Source: Klebsormidium nitens
Lineage: Eukaryota > Plantae > Klebsormidiophyceae
Assembly (NCBI GenBank): GCA_000708835.1
Contig: DF237715.1
Location: 1-34,813, forward strand
Reading direction: 5' to 3'
DNA: 34,813 nt
Shown: positions 22,794 to 34,813 of the stretch, piece after piece
Numbering within the stretch: the stretch's first letter is position 1
Layout of the letters: every line of letters begins with the position of its first letter
The notes under the pieces: model-generated
What the model saw: only the letters and a program-made list of their open reading frames with translations
Told to the model about the DNA's origin: nothing
Database searches by the model: none
Translations under genes and position numbers: made by a program

Positions 22794-24596
22794 GATTCAA
22801 GGAGGAGGGAGGAGGGAGGAGGAAGAGCTTAATGTTTGAAGGCTCACGGAAAAATCTGCTAAACGGCAAGGCAACAGTGTGAGCATGGTAACTTTAGTTG
22901 CCAACTTGGCAACAAGGTTAATTTGCTTTCACAACATAGTTGCAGAATCACAGAGAGTTCCTTCAGATTGCATTTGATAGGCCGTTTCCTAAATCGTTGG
23001 GTCCCTTGAGCGCACATAATAGCGCCACTTGTTTATATGCGAGTTCGGATCCCTCAATCAAGCGCTGTTCTGGCGTGCGTGTAGATGTCCGCGAGCCTTG
23101 CTTTGTTCCGTCCCTACCTGCCTATGTATATAGCGCTGGTTGGCTAGGCGCACAAAAATGCCTTCTCCTGCCATTTCAATGTTGATCCTTGGAATGGACA
23201 TCTGGTGCATGTAAAGCAAGTGCACTTCGCGGCTATCTCGGACTTGGCGGATCAGAATCAAGTTGCACTCGGTTCCTTTTACCCAATACATCCGGACTTT
23301 CACAGGCAATTAACGTGCATTGGGCCAGACCTCGCATGTTGTCGACCATGCATCCACGTGTAGTATGACAAAGCATCATTGGGAAAGCGTCATATAGTTG
23401 ATTCTTAATTCATTATTTCATCATGTGCAATGAATATACCAGGATCAGCCGCCAGAATTGGAGTAGCTTCGGTCAGGCGTATAGGCAAGTCCGTCCAACC
23501 CCTTACATGTATGGGCTTCGCTCGACGGCGTGTTGCCCGATGGCTCTATGCGTGGCTCAGCTAGAAGGGTTTATAATCGAGCTAGTGACCATGATGATGC
23601 AAACATTCTCGTATAATTAGTTGGCCATCATAGCTTGACGTATCTCAATTAAAAACGCACCGCTTTGGCTGTCTGCAATTTCATTTGAACCACCTTTGTG
23701 CATGCACTTATGCAACTAGGGCGCAACTATATATCAGGACGTGCCAAATTCTATGAAGATAGTTTCATGTCTAGCTTTTGCAACAAAGCAACATTATATA
23801 GAATGCAAAAGCTGGACAGTAGTCAACAGTGCATTGATCTGGTTGCTTGCAATTGCCTTAATTCTGCCGCTGCAATGCTCTTGTCTACAGTAGAATGCTA
23901 GATGATTCAGCTAGACCCATTGAGGCTCAGCGCAACCGGTTCCATTACCAAGCCAAGCTGCGCTGTGCGTGGAGCTGCTCAGTGGTTTGAGCTGAATCAG
24001 AAATGAGCAGGTAGGCCATGATTTTGTGAAAGGTTTTTCGGCTAAACTGACCTGCTCCTCAAGCATATTGTCAAGCCCCGCACAGAGCGCTGGCTGCAGC
24101 AAATTGCTTAAGTCGGCATCGTCCAAAACCCCTCAAGAGACGCTGGATCAGAAGTGCGGTCCTGAGTTGGCAAACTTTACGAGAGGGATGTTGCCAGCCA
24201 CAGTTGCGGAAATGAGGGATGTACTCCGCCATAACTTGAGAAATGAAGCATCATGGCAACTGAGTGGTCTTTATGCTATCCTAGTTTTGCAGTGGCTCGT
24301 TAGGCAGCTGTACCCGTTGAGCACTGGCTACTTAGCTGTTTATGCACGTTTGCTGGCCCTCAGCTGCTAGATTGTTCAAATTGACAAACGTTTTGCGACT
24401 CTTCCCGAGGGAACAGGACGAGTCGCAAAACTGGCCCAGAAGAAGAGAACGTGCAGACAAGGGGGAGAAGGACGCGGTTTGGACCCAGTGGTGGTCAGCA
24501 TTGCAGTGAGAGGGGAAGGTTCGAGGTTACGCGGCAACTCCCGAGCTCACCGGGGTCGGCCCGGGCGCGGGGCCGCAGCCTTCCTTCGCGGAGTGG

Positions 24597-24645
24597 GGGG
24601 ACACGTTGGCGGAATGTGGTTGGGCAATTCTATCCCGTTCACCTC
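24597..24645 (+). repeat. Dispersed motif of about 48 bp, copy 2
   Basis: ggggacacgt-N8-tgtggttgggcaattctatcccgttcacctc; ORFs over both copies translate VVGQFYPVHL. Confidence 0.8.
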
Positions 24646-25185
24646 TTGGTTAGTTGCCAGAACCAGCGGATCCCATTTCTCGCAACGATCGGCTGGAGCT
24701 TGGAAGTCGGGAGTCGGGACCTGAACGTGAATCTTTTGACGGTGAAGATTGAAGGCTGTAGACAAGGATCAAATCCTCTTCGTCCGATGTCACCTTCCGA
24801 CGGGCCCGAGGGAGTCAAGCTTCGGCCCGTCGACTTTCGGAATATTTAATATTTCGACCAGTTCGATAGGCACGGCGGTCTCAAATGGGCTCAAATTTGC
24901 CGCCAAAACTGGCAAATTAATTGAAGAGGCTGCCTTCAACTTCAACTTCAAGACACACACATACGACCTCGATTACAATGGTTCGCAAAGCGAACGCAAG
25001 TGTTACATGGGTTGTGACATGGTCACAATAGTCCTGCATGCAAGCAATCATTAAGAATCGAAACATCTCATACTACCTCTAACCCACACTAGCTTCGACT
25101 ACCCCCCTCAAGAACTGTAGTAGAACGCGTTACCGGACCCGCTAACTAACCCCACGTAAACCGGTACTCTGACACTAGCACTGAA

Positions 25186-25593
25186 GACCCGGAGCCTGTA
25201 ACGGGGTGTAGGCGGCTGCGCAAAGTCATATACTAGAGGGTCCCGGTCTTGTGAAGCACGAGCTGGCCCTCCTGCTGGTAAACGTGGTCCGCCACCGCCC
25301 TGCATGAAGGTGCCTTCCACGGCAGTCGTTGCTGATGATGTCCACCGCTTGATGTTGCGCCTCTCGTCCTCGATTCCCACATGTCGTGCCGCATGCTCAC
25401 CATGCTCTTCTGCACTGTCCCCGATGGCATGGATGCCCGCTGCATAAAAGATGCCATGGACTCCACCATTTACGAATCCCCTGCCAGAATGACCTCGCCT
25501 CTCTGCAATGTATCCTCTCACGCCAGTAGATGAGCGGATATCCACCGAATGTGACCCGGAGCCTATGAGGGTTGTCTGCGGCTGCGCAAAGTC
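25186..25593 (+). repeat. Pair of about 42 bp imperfect direct repeats 367 bp apart
   Basis: gacccggagcct-N13/14-gcggctgcgcaaagtc at 25186-25227 and 25553-25593. Confidence 0.75.
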
Positions 25594-26939
25594 TGTCAGT
25601 GTGCATTGAGGCGGAATCAACCGGCTGAGTCCCCTGCAATGGACTGAGCCCGAGAGGCTGTCTCTAAGAGCGATAGTCCCCGCCACCTCCATCATCCTGC
25701 AATCCGCTCTCCCAACCATTGCCACACACCCATCAGCCTGTTGCCAGGCTGCCACTCCCCTGGCCACCATGGCCGACCCCCAAACGCGGTGCACGAGACC
25801 GTTATCAGCTACCAAAAGTTAGGGCGCCCTAGATGCGCCCTTCAGGTCCGAAGAGTATATCAAGAAAATTACGGTCAAAACCACTTCAAGAGGCTCGTGG
25901 ACGTAGGTACTCAATACGGTAGGTACCTACCTATTCATTCCTAAAACCTAGCAGTGCCGGTATGCCGCTATGCGTACGCTGTTACGGTACCTAGGTAAGA
26001 AACGTACCTTCCGAGTACTGTGTATTGTATATGTAGTAGGTCTAGCCTCGTAGGAAGATGAGACCGCTCTCTCATGTGTGAGGGACTGTCCGAGACGACC
26101 GGTGCAAACATCAGCTTTCGTGACTACGAAGTGCGAGTTCAAGTTCGCGATCCAGAGATTTCCTGCAGTCAGGATTGTCGGGCATTCGTGAGAGCACGAT
26201 GTGCAAGCAAGGTCGCTGATAATGGTTGCACTGGAAAGTTGAAAGGAGGAAAGAGCAGCTCGGTTTTAACATTTTGCAAATGCTATCACCGTTGAACACA
26301 TTCCAAGGGATCACAATTCACATGTAGAAAGACAATGTGGGGTTGCACATAACTGGAAGAGGAAAATTGGGTCGTGCACGGCAAGCGTGTAATCTCGGCT
26401 GCGCAGTTGTGGAAGGTTTGCCACTTGAAAGCTCAGGTTGCAGAGCATGCGGCTGACATCCGGCGTTGAGAGGAGAGGTGCTGCAAAATGATGGTACGTG
26501 ATCTTGTCCCATGTCAACCAAATGAGCAAAGCGTTGTCTCTGACCAAGCTTTCTTGTTTACACAACTGTAGCTTGGATATAAGGACTTTCTGCCAGATGC
26601 TACACATACTGGCGATTGGCTTGTTGCATGGTGTAGCACCAGGCTGCCCGCGCACCTTTGCATGGACTGACCTAAGAAGGAGGTACTTGCTTGGCAGTCA
26701 AACGTGGGGCATCCCTCCAAGCAGCAGTTTTGAACCCACATCCTTACATTTAGTTGCAGCAGGTGTAACTTGTGTGCCCTTGTGCAATCTGCTGCTATAT
26801 TGATACTGAAGGGCACAGTAGAGGTGGCAGACTTGACATAGTTAGAGGCGTACGGCCCTGTACGGTTTTGCGTGAAAGGGGCGCAAGTCCTGAGGCTGGA
26901 TCTCAAGCAACTTGTGTAGAAATGTGCCATGCATGTCAG

Positions 26940-27420
26940 GAGACCGCTTGGTCACTCGTTGGCCCTGCCACCAGATCTGAAGTCTTGAATTTTCCCTATT
27001 TTCATAACGCATACCATGTGCTCCGCCGGAAGATAGAGCTCAGCGCAGGCCCTCTGGTGGCTGAGCGCTCACTAAAAAGGCGGCGGTGGCCTCTTGTTCA
27101 GTCATGGTTGGCAGGAACCCTAGGACCGACTGCTGAATTTTATGCATTTGCTGTCAATGATCCCTCCTGGAAGAAGGGACCAGGCAGGGACCAGGCCCTT
27201 GACTACTTTGACGCCAGTCATTTAGTGGAGGTTTCATGACCTTTCTTTCAAATCCAGTCCTTCTGACACCTATCTTTGCGAAAGGCAGGGTCTCAGGTTT
27301 GCAAATGTTGACCACTGTTGAGGCACTCAAGTGGTACATGTGGAGGGTGGTGTACTATCACCAGGAATGATCTGCTATTTTAATACATTGGACGGCACCC
27401 TCAAGACCTTTTTAAAACTT
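26940..27420 (+). pseudogene. Possible decayed Ulp1/C48-like peptidase fragment
   Basis: Exon-like ORF ending LDYFDASHLVE, then LLTPIF...WYMWRVV and, in another frame, ICYFNTLD, which loosely follows the Ulp1 PI...HW.L.V....I.YYDSL order; catalytic His not seen. Confidence 0.2.
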
Positions 27421-27924
27421 GGTGTTTTAGCCGAAGTTCAGCAGTCGTTGTATAGTTAGCATTGAAAGAGCCCGGCAAAATGTAAAGCACCGTGCTTAGT
27501 GCCGTATCAGAATTGTGGCCTGAGGGCTCACATCCTGCCGGAAAGGAAACAGACGGAGAAGTTACTGTGACATCGAACACGGCAGAGCGCGCGATGCTTT
27601 AGTATCCGGGCAGAATGGGTCGAAGTGATTGCCGTGGGCAACGTAGTCAAGAAAACCCTAGTTGTTGCCAGCTTCTTCTGTAGCAGAAAATCCACCCATT
27701 AAGAAGTCTTTTACAGATCTGGCTTGTGTGCACACCTAATGGAATTCTGGAAGATCATTGACACTTGTGCCTTCAGATGTTACTTGAACCTTGGGTTGAC
27801 ATAAGCCTTTCAAACGCTCCCATATGTCAGCCAGTATTGTGGTGCGCTATTCAATGCTGCAAAGCTTCTAAGCGGTGCAGCATCAAGGAGTCTGACCCTG
27901 GAGGCTTGCTTGTCTTGCGTGCAG

Positions 27925-30900
27925 GAGCCTACGCGCTTGACGCCCGAGGTGTTGGCCGCAGCGGCCGCCCGGGCGGACGAGGAGGACGCGTTGGACACCC
28001 CGCCCGCACCGCGTGCCCCGGCCAGCATGACGGAGGAGCTGCCGCCCCTGCCCCGCGTCTCCTCCCCCCGCCTCGGTTCCAACTCACCCAGAGCAGCGCC
28101 AGCGCGCAAGAGTAACTGTGAGGGGCCGCACCGTATGCCTTACTTTGTGGACCCACTGCCCTGACATTCCTGAGCCAGGTGGCTCTCGTCTTCCGCCTTG
28201 GCTCGCCATGACCACCATGTGTTTCTGCTGCTGGGAGGTGTGCTGAGTACTGGTTTGCCTGTCTTGGCCTCGTTGTACAGATGGCAGCATACAGCCCCTC
28301 AACACACCGGAGTACGGTCGCCGCGATGACAGCGACCTGGAGGGGTCGGAAGCAGAGGGTCCAGAGGGTGGGGGAGGGTCCACCGTTTCAGAAGAGTTTA
28401 CAAGGTGAACGAGCCAAGACAGAGAAAGGCACGACTTCAGAAAGCTTTCGTTTGGGCGCATCTGGCTGAATGCCAGCCCAAAAGAGGGATTCCTTCTGTG
28501 AAGAGCTCTCTTCCAACTGTATTGGTGTCTGAGGAGCGGGAATCAGGCCAGAGTGTCGGCTTAGCCCCATTGGGGCGTGTACGATGCGACCAGCTTTTGA
28601 GATGGTTCGTCCTTTTTCGCTGCAGCTACGACCGTGCGCGCCTTCAGCTATACCGCAAGGTCCCTGTCAAAGCCGGCCTCATCAACCCCTACAGGTGATC
28701 GACTGCTCTCTCCGGTATGTCCACTCGTTGCGCTGCTCGCGCTGCTTCACTGTTACGCTCAGCTGCGGGCAAGGTATCCTGGCGGTATTGTTGCCTATGC
28801 TTGGCGGCGTTCTCACGATCGGGGTGGCCCTGTGCGCAGGTTCCTGGTGTTCCTGCGGCTGCTGGTCATGCTAGGCTTCTTCTTCTGGCGCATCACCAAC
28901 CCCAACAACAAGGCGTTTGGCCTCTGGATGACAGCCGTCATCTGTGAAATCTGGATCGGCCTTGCCTGGCTCATTGACCAGGGCCCCCGCCTCGGGCCCG
29001 TCAACCGTGAAACGTTCATGGATCGTCTTATGCAAAAGTGAGTGCTCTCAAAAACCCGCATCATTGGGGTTGCTTGGACCAGCTACTCAGAATGGCGGCC
29101 CTCCACTTTGATTCTCACTTTGCTGGTAGCCCTGCAGATGTTGCCTGGCCGGCCCTGTTCTCTAGACGTTGGCAACTCAAGAATTTACTGAAGGAGTTGT
29201 TACACTGGTACGAGCGCCCGGGGGACGGGTATGGTCGATCTGGAGACCATGGTTGTTAGGAGTGCGGAGCAGATTACATTCTGGAGTGGACTTCTCATTT
29301 GAGGTATCAGGGCTACTTAACCTCAGTGTGACATGTACACCGGCAATGTCTCTCCTGCCCCGCACTGAGCGCTGTGGTGATGATGCGCAGGTACGATCGT
29401 GAGAACGAGGACAGCAAGTTGCGCGCGGTTGACTTCTTCATCCACTCCTCCGACCCCGAGAACGACTCGCCGATCCTCACCTGCAATGCTGCTCTCTCTG
29501 TGTTGGCGCTCGATTATCCTGTCGAAAAGTGAGCACTCCCCGCAGCAGGCTCCCTGTGGCAGCCCTCCCAGGTGCTGGCGACAGTTTTCAATCCTGCCGT
29601 TCTTCTGTGGTACATGGGTGTGTTTCCGGACCAGGATTTTTAAAAAAGTATTTTACGTCACCCTGAGATAGCGCTGCTCTCGCTGCGTGCAGGGTGTCGT
29701 GCTACGTGAACGACGAGGGCGCGTCCATGCTGACGTTCCAGGTGCTGACGGAGACGGCCAGCTTTGCCCGCGACTGGGTGCCCTTCTGCAAGAAGTTCGA
29801 CATTGAGCCACGTGCGCCTGAGAACTACTTCGCGATCAAGGTGGACTACACCAAGGACAAGAAGCACCCCGACTTCGTCAAGGAGCGCCGCGCCATGAAG
29901 GTCAGCCACCCCGCACCACCCAACCCTGCCTCAATTGCGCCGTGTCGAAGCCGTATCTTTCGTCTGAAGCCCTGGACGCAAAGAGAGCGGCAGTCAAGGT
30001 GCTGCCTTTCGGCTCGTTTGCCGGCCTGTGCTGAGGTGCGTGTGCGGTGCTGTGCGTGCAGCACCACTACGAGGAGTTCAAGGTGCGCATCAACGCGCTG
30101 GTGGCCAAGTGCGCCAAGCAGAGGCCGCTGGAGGGCTGGCGAGTGGCGGACGGCACCCCGTGGCCGGGCAACAACCCGCAGGACCACCCCGGCATGATCC
30201 AGATCCTGCTGCAGCCCAACGTCAACGCGCTCGACAACGAGAACAACCTGCTCCCGCGCCTTGTGAGCACCACGCCCTCACGTATCTGTCCTGTTCTGCA
30301 ACGGCTAAGCGGGGCGGGGCCTTTCAGCGCGGCTTCCCCGGGTGCTTGCAGGGACGTACTTCTGACAGACGCTCAGCCCACCGTGGGCAAAGATTCCGCT
30401 GGGGCTGACTTTCTTGCGGTGCGCGCCCTGCCACAGGTATATCTCTCGCGCGAGAAGCGGCCAGGGTACGACACACACCGCAAGGCGGGCGCTATGAACG
30501 CGCTGCTGCGTGCGAGTGCCCTGATCACCAACGCGCCCTACATCTGCTTCATGGACTGCGATACCTACGTCAACAACGCCAATGGGGTCAAGGAGGTGCG
30601 CCACCATTACATGTGTAGCCGCTGCCACCGCCACTGTGCCTGCAGGCCCGCTTCTTGGGGTTAACAGAGCCCGCTGTCCGTCCCCGGTTCCTGCTCGTTT
30701 TAGGCGCCTGTTTGGGACTTGAGAATGCTGTCGTGGTGGCGTTTCTGATGCACTGTGCGGGGTGGTGTGCAGGCGATGTGCTTCTTCGAGGACCCGCAGA
30801 AGGGCGGCAAGGTGTCGTACGTGCAGTTCCCGCTGCGCTACGACGGCGTGGACCCGCACGACCGTTACAACAACCACAACACCGCCTTCTATGACATCTA

Positions 30901-32993
30901 CCTCAAGGGCCTCGATGGCATCCAGGGGCCCATCTTTCTTGGCAACGGCACCGTCTTCCGTAGAGGGGTGAGCGCCCTGTGCCGCGCTGCCCTCATGTAC
31001 TCACACGTAAAATCTTGATGCAGCAACAGTCGCTGGCCAGCCTCCCGTACAGTAAATGTCGGGTGCTGCGTGCCTGCCTGGGCTGACCCACCGCTGTGTT
31101 GCTGTGTGCGCAGTCTTTGTATGGCGCGCTCCCCCCCCAGCTGGACAAGCGCGCCAAGCCGAAGCGCGGTTGCCTGGGGCTGTGCTGCTCCTGCTTCGGC
31201 TGCTGCGGCCCTGCGCGGCCCAACAAGACGAGCGAGATGGACCTCGAGGAGCAGGACCAAGGTCAGCATGCAGCATGCAGCGCTCTGTGCCGCATGGATT
31301 GGCCCGGAACCCTGTCTGAAGTGCTGACACCGGAAACACGGCGTGCGAGCCTTCTCGTATGTTGTGGTGCAGCCGTAGCACCTGCCGAACTCCGCTGCCC
31401 TTCTCCTCACCGCTGATGCTGTGTTGCTGGAGCTGGAAGATGAAGCGCAGCTGGTGGGCGGGGTGGACGTGCTGCTTTGGCAAGAACTGACGCGGCGGGG
31501 CGGGCTCGTGTGTGCAGAGGAGCTGCAGCTGATGCCCTTCAAGTGGCACACGGCGCGCTACGGAACGTGCGAGAACTTCGTGTCGTCCACGTTCGAGACG
31601 GCGGGCGGCGCGCCCGTGAACAGCCCGCGCACGACGCTGAGCGACGTGATCCTCGTCATCTCGTGCGGGTACGAGGAGAACACGCAGTGGGGCAAGGAGA
31701 TCGGGTGGATCTACTGCAGCAGCGCGGAGCACGTGGTGACGGGCCAGAAGGTCCACGCGCGCGGCTGGCGCTCCATCTACTGCCTGCCCAAGCGGCCCGC
31801 CTTCCGGCGCCCCGCGCAGATCAACCTGGCGGACCGCCTGCACGCGGTGCTCACCGAGGCGCTGGGCGCGGTGGAGACGTACTGGAGCAAGTACAACGTG
31901 CTGTGGTGGCGCCCGTGCAGCAGCCAGCTGAAGCGGCGGCAGCGCCTCGCGTACCTCAACGCGGCGGCGTACCCCATGGTGGCCATCCCCGTCAGCGCCT
32001 ACTGCGTGCTGCCCGCCATCTGCCTCATCACCAACCAGTTCATCGTGGGCCACGTGACCAACATCGGCGCGGGCATCTTCGTCGCCTACGCGCTCGTGTA
32101 CGGCCTCAGCTGCTGGTTCGAGATGCGCTGGTCCGCGGTGCCGCTCGAGGAGTGGTGGCGCGCGCAGCAGATGTGGGTCATCAACTGCACCAGCGGCTAC
32201 CTCGCCGCCGTCGGCCAGGGCTCCCTCCGCGTCTTCGCCGGCTGCGAGGGCGCGCTCAAGGCCGCCCCGCACGAGCACGAGGGCCACTACGACTACGCCG
32301 AGCTCTACACCTTCCGGGTGAGAACAGGGGTCGGGACGCACGCGGCTTCAAAGTGCTTTCTTCAGTTAGCATTCAGGGAACGGCAGCTGCCCGCGATTGC
32401 ACCGCCAGCTGGACGCTTGGGTGCTGACCCGCCCGCGTGTGCTGCTTGCAGTGGACGTGGCTGCTCATCACCCCGCTGACGGTGATCCTCATTAACTGCT
32501 TTGGCGTTGTGGCCGGCCTGGCCAAAGCCGTCAACAACAAGAATCCGGAGTGGGGTAAGGCAGGCGGCCGCTTCTGCATCACTGTCCAGTCACCATGGAG
32601 TGGCTGTCTTGCAAAATGGTCTGTACGCTCAGGATCCCGCTCCTCCTTGAAGCTCACCAGCCAAACTGCCACAGCCTTGGGACTGTTGCAAGTCTCATTT
32701 GTGGGTTCATACAAGGGTTGTCGTTAGATGCAATCGACGCCACAAAGCTTTTTGAATATTGTCATGGAGCTCTGCCGGTCTCTCAATGCTTGTACTTATG
32801 CTGACTCCGTGGCTTGCTGCTCGCAGGTCAACTCGCTGTCCGGCTTGTGTATGCCATAGTTGTCCTCACCTTCATGTACCCCTTCGCCAAGGGGCTCATG
32901 GGCCGCCACCGACGGGTACCCACCATTGTCATCGTGTGGTGCCTCATGCTGGCCATCATCTTTTCTCTCCTCTGGGTTCAAGTTCTCTTCTAG
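27925..32993 (+). CDS. CESA: Plant-type cellulose synthase (CESA)-like GT2 protein with substituted catalytic motifs; 13 exons, 889 codons before the stop
   Basis: Exons 27925-28111, 28281-28377, 28626-28694, 28840-29037, 29391-29528, 29693-29900, 30062-30262, 30437-30595, 30773-30967, 31114-31261, 31518-32317, 32452-32554, 32827-32993 join in phase; [80 protein letters not shown]. Confidence 0.93.
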
Positions 32994-34206
32994 GTCTGAG
33001 GCAGCATGCACGGCAAACTTTGCAGTGCAGGGTGAAGGTGCGTGTATCCATCTCATAGTGTATACTGAGTCAAAGCGTGAATCTTCAATACTCATGACGG
33101 AAGAGACTGACATAGAGCACTTCGATAGGTACGTTCGTAGGTTTTCTAGGGTGAAAAGAGGTTGAAAACGGAGGCCGCATAAATCCAAGTGTCAGTGGGA
33201 AACTCATAACATTAGAATTTTGACCCATGCAACGCATTGCTTTCAAGTGGGTTGATCTGGCTAAAGGAAAGTGGTTGTTGAATGCTTGACCTTTTGTGAG
33301 CCTTGCTGCCGAGTTCCGGCGGTTTTGCAATAGACGCCTCCGTCGAACGCCCTCATGTGAAGTCCTTGTGGGACTCATGGTGGCTACTGCAATGGTGCAA
33401 CGATCCAGGCCGGCCTACCTGATGCAATGATGCGGACATTACCCAGACTCTACCAGAAAAGCTTTGAACCCACATCGACTCCAGTCTCAAAATATATTTG
33501 TTAACCGTCGATATTGTGTCTGCGCGCATTTGTATAAAACTTCAACCGCTGAGAATTGTTCTCGTATTCGACGGTGAAAAGTTTCGACGTTGAAGATTGC
33601 ATTCACGATTTTGGACAGGATTATGTTTGATGAACGGCAAAAATCAACGCCTGACGCGAAGTTACTTGAGTGGTCGTCACTCTGCGAGCTAGCGCTGCAA
33701 CAGACGTACTTGTGCAGTACGTTATCATGCAAAGATAAGTGGCGCGCCGTACAGTCCGGTCGCTGTGCGCGATGAATAGTTCGATCTGGTCTATACGGTA
33801 GGCTTCATATATATATAATGTTGCCAGCGATCGATCCAACTAGCTAGCTTGGGCGGCTTGGTGTCACGTACGGTCGAATAGTTTCTCCTTATTCCGCGGG
33901 CAATTGGCGTACGCAGACGGCTGCAGTCGTTTCATTGAGTCAAGTTCGAAGTTGTTGAACTTTCCGTCAGACTCACCTTTGCACCGACTGGCCTAGTGGA
34001 CGTAATAGGTACTTATACGAAGGTATCGCACCTATAATCTTTTAATTATATAAACCGCATATACCGACAGTACGGTATTGAAGGATATCCTTGATATTAC
34101 ATTTGACTACAATCTGGCCTCGTTAGCAACGTTATATTCAAAGGCCATGCATTGCCAACGCTTATGTAATGGAACATGATGGGAAAGGGCCACCCTAAAC
34201 TTTAGT

Positions 34207-34242
34207 AACCCTAAAACCCTAGAACCCTAGAACCCTAAAACC
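34207..34242 (+). repeat. Short interstitial telomere-like tract, (AACCCTAR)4
   Basis: aaccctaa-aaccctag-aaccctag-aaccctaa-aacc, a variant of (TTTTAGGG)n on the minus strand. Confidence 0.75.
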
Positions 34243-34813
34243 TCCCCAAAATAGGCCCCCTTACAGGCTCAGTTGGACGCGTTGCCACGCTGCCGGACTT
34301 GGGAATAACGGTTTTGTTCGAATTCCCGGGCTTGTCATGTTATTTTTAAGTTGTGAACTCAGACCAGTCCCAATTCTATGATTTCACCGATTTCGCGGTC
34401 GTCAGCGTCCGATCCAAGACATATAATTCAACTTTGATCAAATTTCGAAAGCCACTACCAATAGGCTAGCTCATTTTTGCCCTGCGCGCGAGTCGCGCGA
34501 GGAACCATTGTAAAAACGGGCCGGGGTCTAGCTCCAAAGTTTCGTGATTGAAATTAACTAGTCCGATAAGATTCCGCCGTAGCTCGGATTGGGAAAGTCA
34601 CGTACGTTAAATTCACTCAAGGTTTCAAGGTTTCTAGCTCTAGCTGAGAACCTGCACGCTGAGAATTAAGGCCCAAACTCTCACCGTGGCAGATTAGAGT
34701 TCCATATGTGAAATTTGTTGCAACTTCCGAGTCTACAGTACCTTGGAAAGCTTGTTATGTACGTGAACAACCCAAACTCCATGCATCTGGAAAATCAATT
34801 AATTGTGGCACAA

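Noticed and set aside
22897-22913. Perfect palindrome gttgccaa-c-ttggcaac, reminiscent of some hAT TIR cores
   Set aside because: No partner TIR or target duplication found; too short to call
22940-24400. Several 60-115 aa ORFs downstream of the CR gene
   Set aside because: No codon bias, splice chain or motif; consistent with non-coding DNA
31001-32427. 446 aa minus-strand and 316 aa alternative plus-strand ORFs
   Set aside because: Products of strong GC3 bias in the CESA exons; only the CESA frame has homology

Overview
Eukaryotic, intron-rich DNA. The plant-type CESA gene, GT-AG/GC-AG introns and a (CCCTAAAA)-like tract suggest a streptophyte alga such as Klebsormidium (inference). Three main units. 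(1) About 0.25-9.4 kb: a spliced minus-strand gene for a phage/plasmid-type Prim-Pol primase + Zn finger + D5_N + SF3 helicase, with one apparent frameshift. It is interleaved with 12 copies of a 129-139 bp hairpin-plus-iteron-like repeat in five clusters of mixed orientation; the clusters inside the confident gene model all lie in introns, and the repeat was not seen elsewhere in the window. No integrase or capsid gene is visible. (2) 27.9-33.0 kb: an intact 13-exon CESA-like reading frame whose catalytic motifs are replaced (TED to AEH, QxxRW to AVLTE, DDG to DEG). It probably continues 5' into exons at 9.9-15.5 kb (degenerate RING-like Cys motifs, extra TM helices) across a 12.4 kb intron. 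(3) 16.2-22.8 kb, inside that putative intron: an apparently intact Crinkler/RHS-type gene (Ubl-like header, P-loop NTPase, PD-(D/E)xK nuclease). All gene models were built by hand from splice consensus and phase; no database searches were run.
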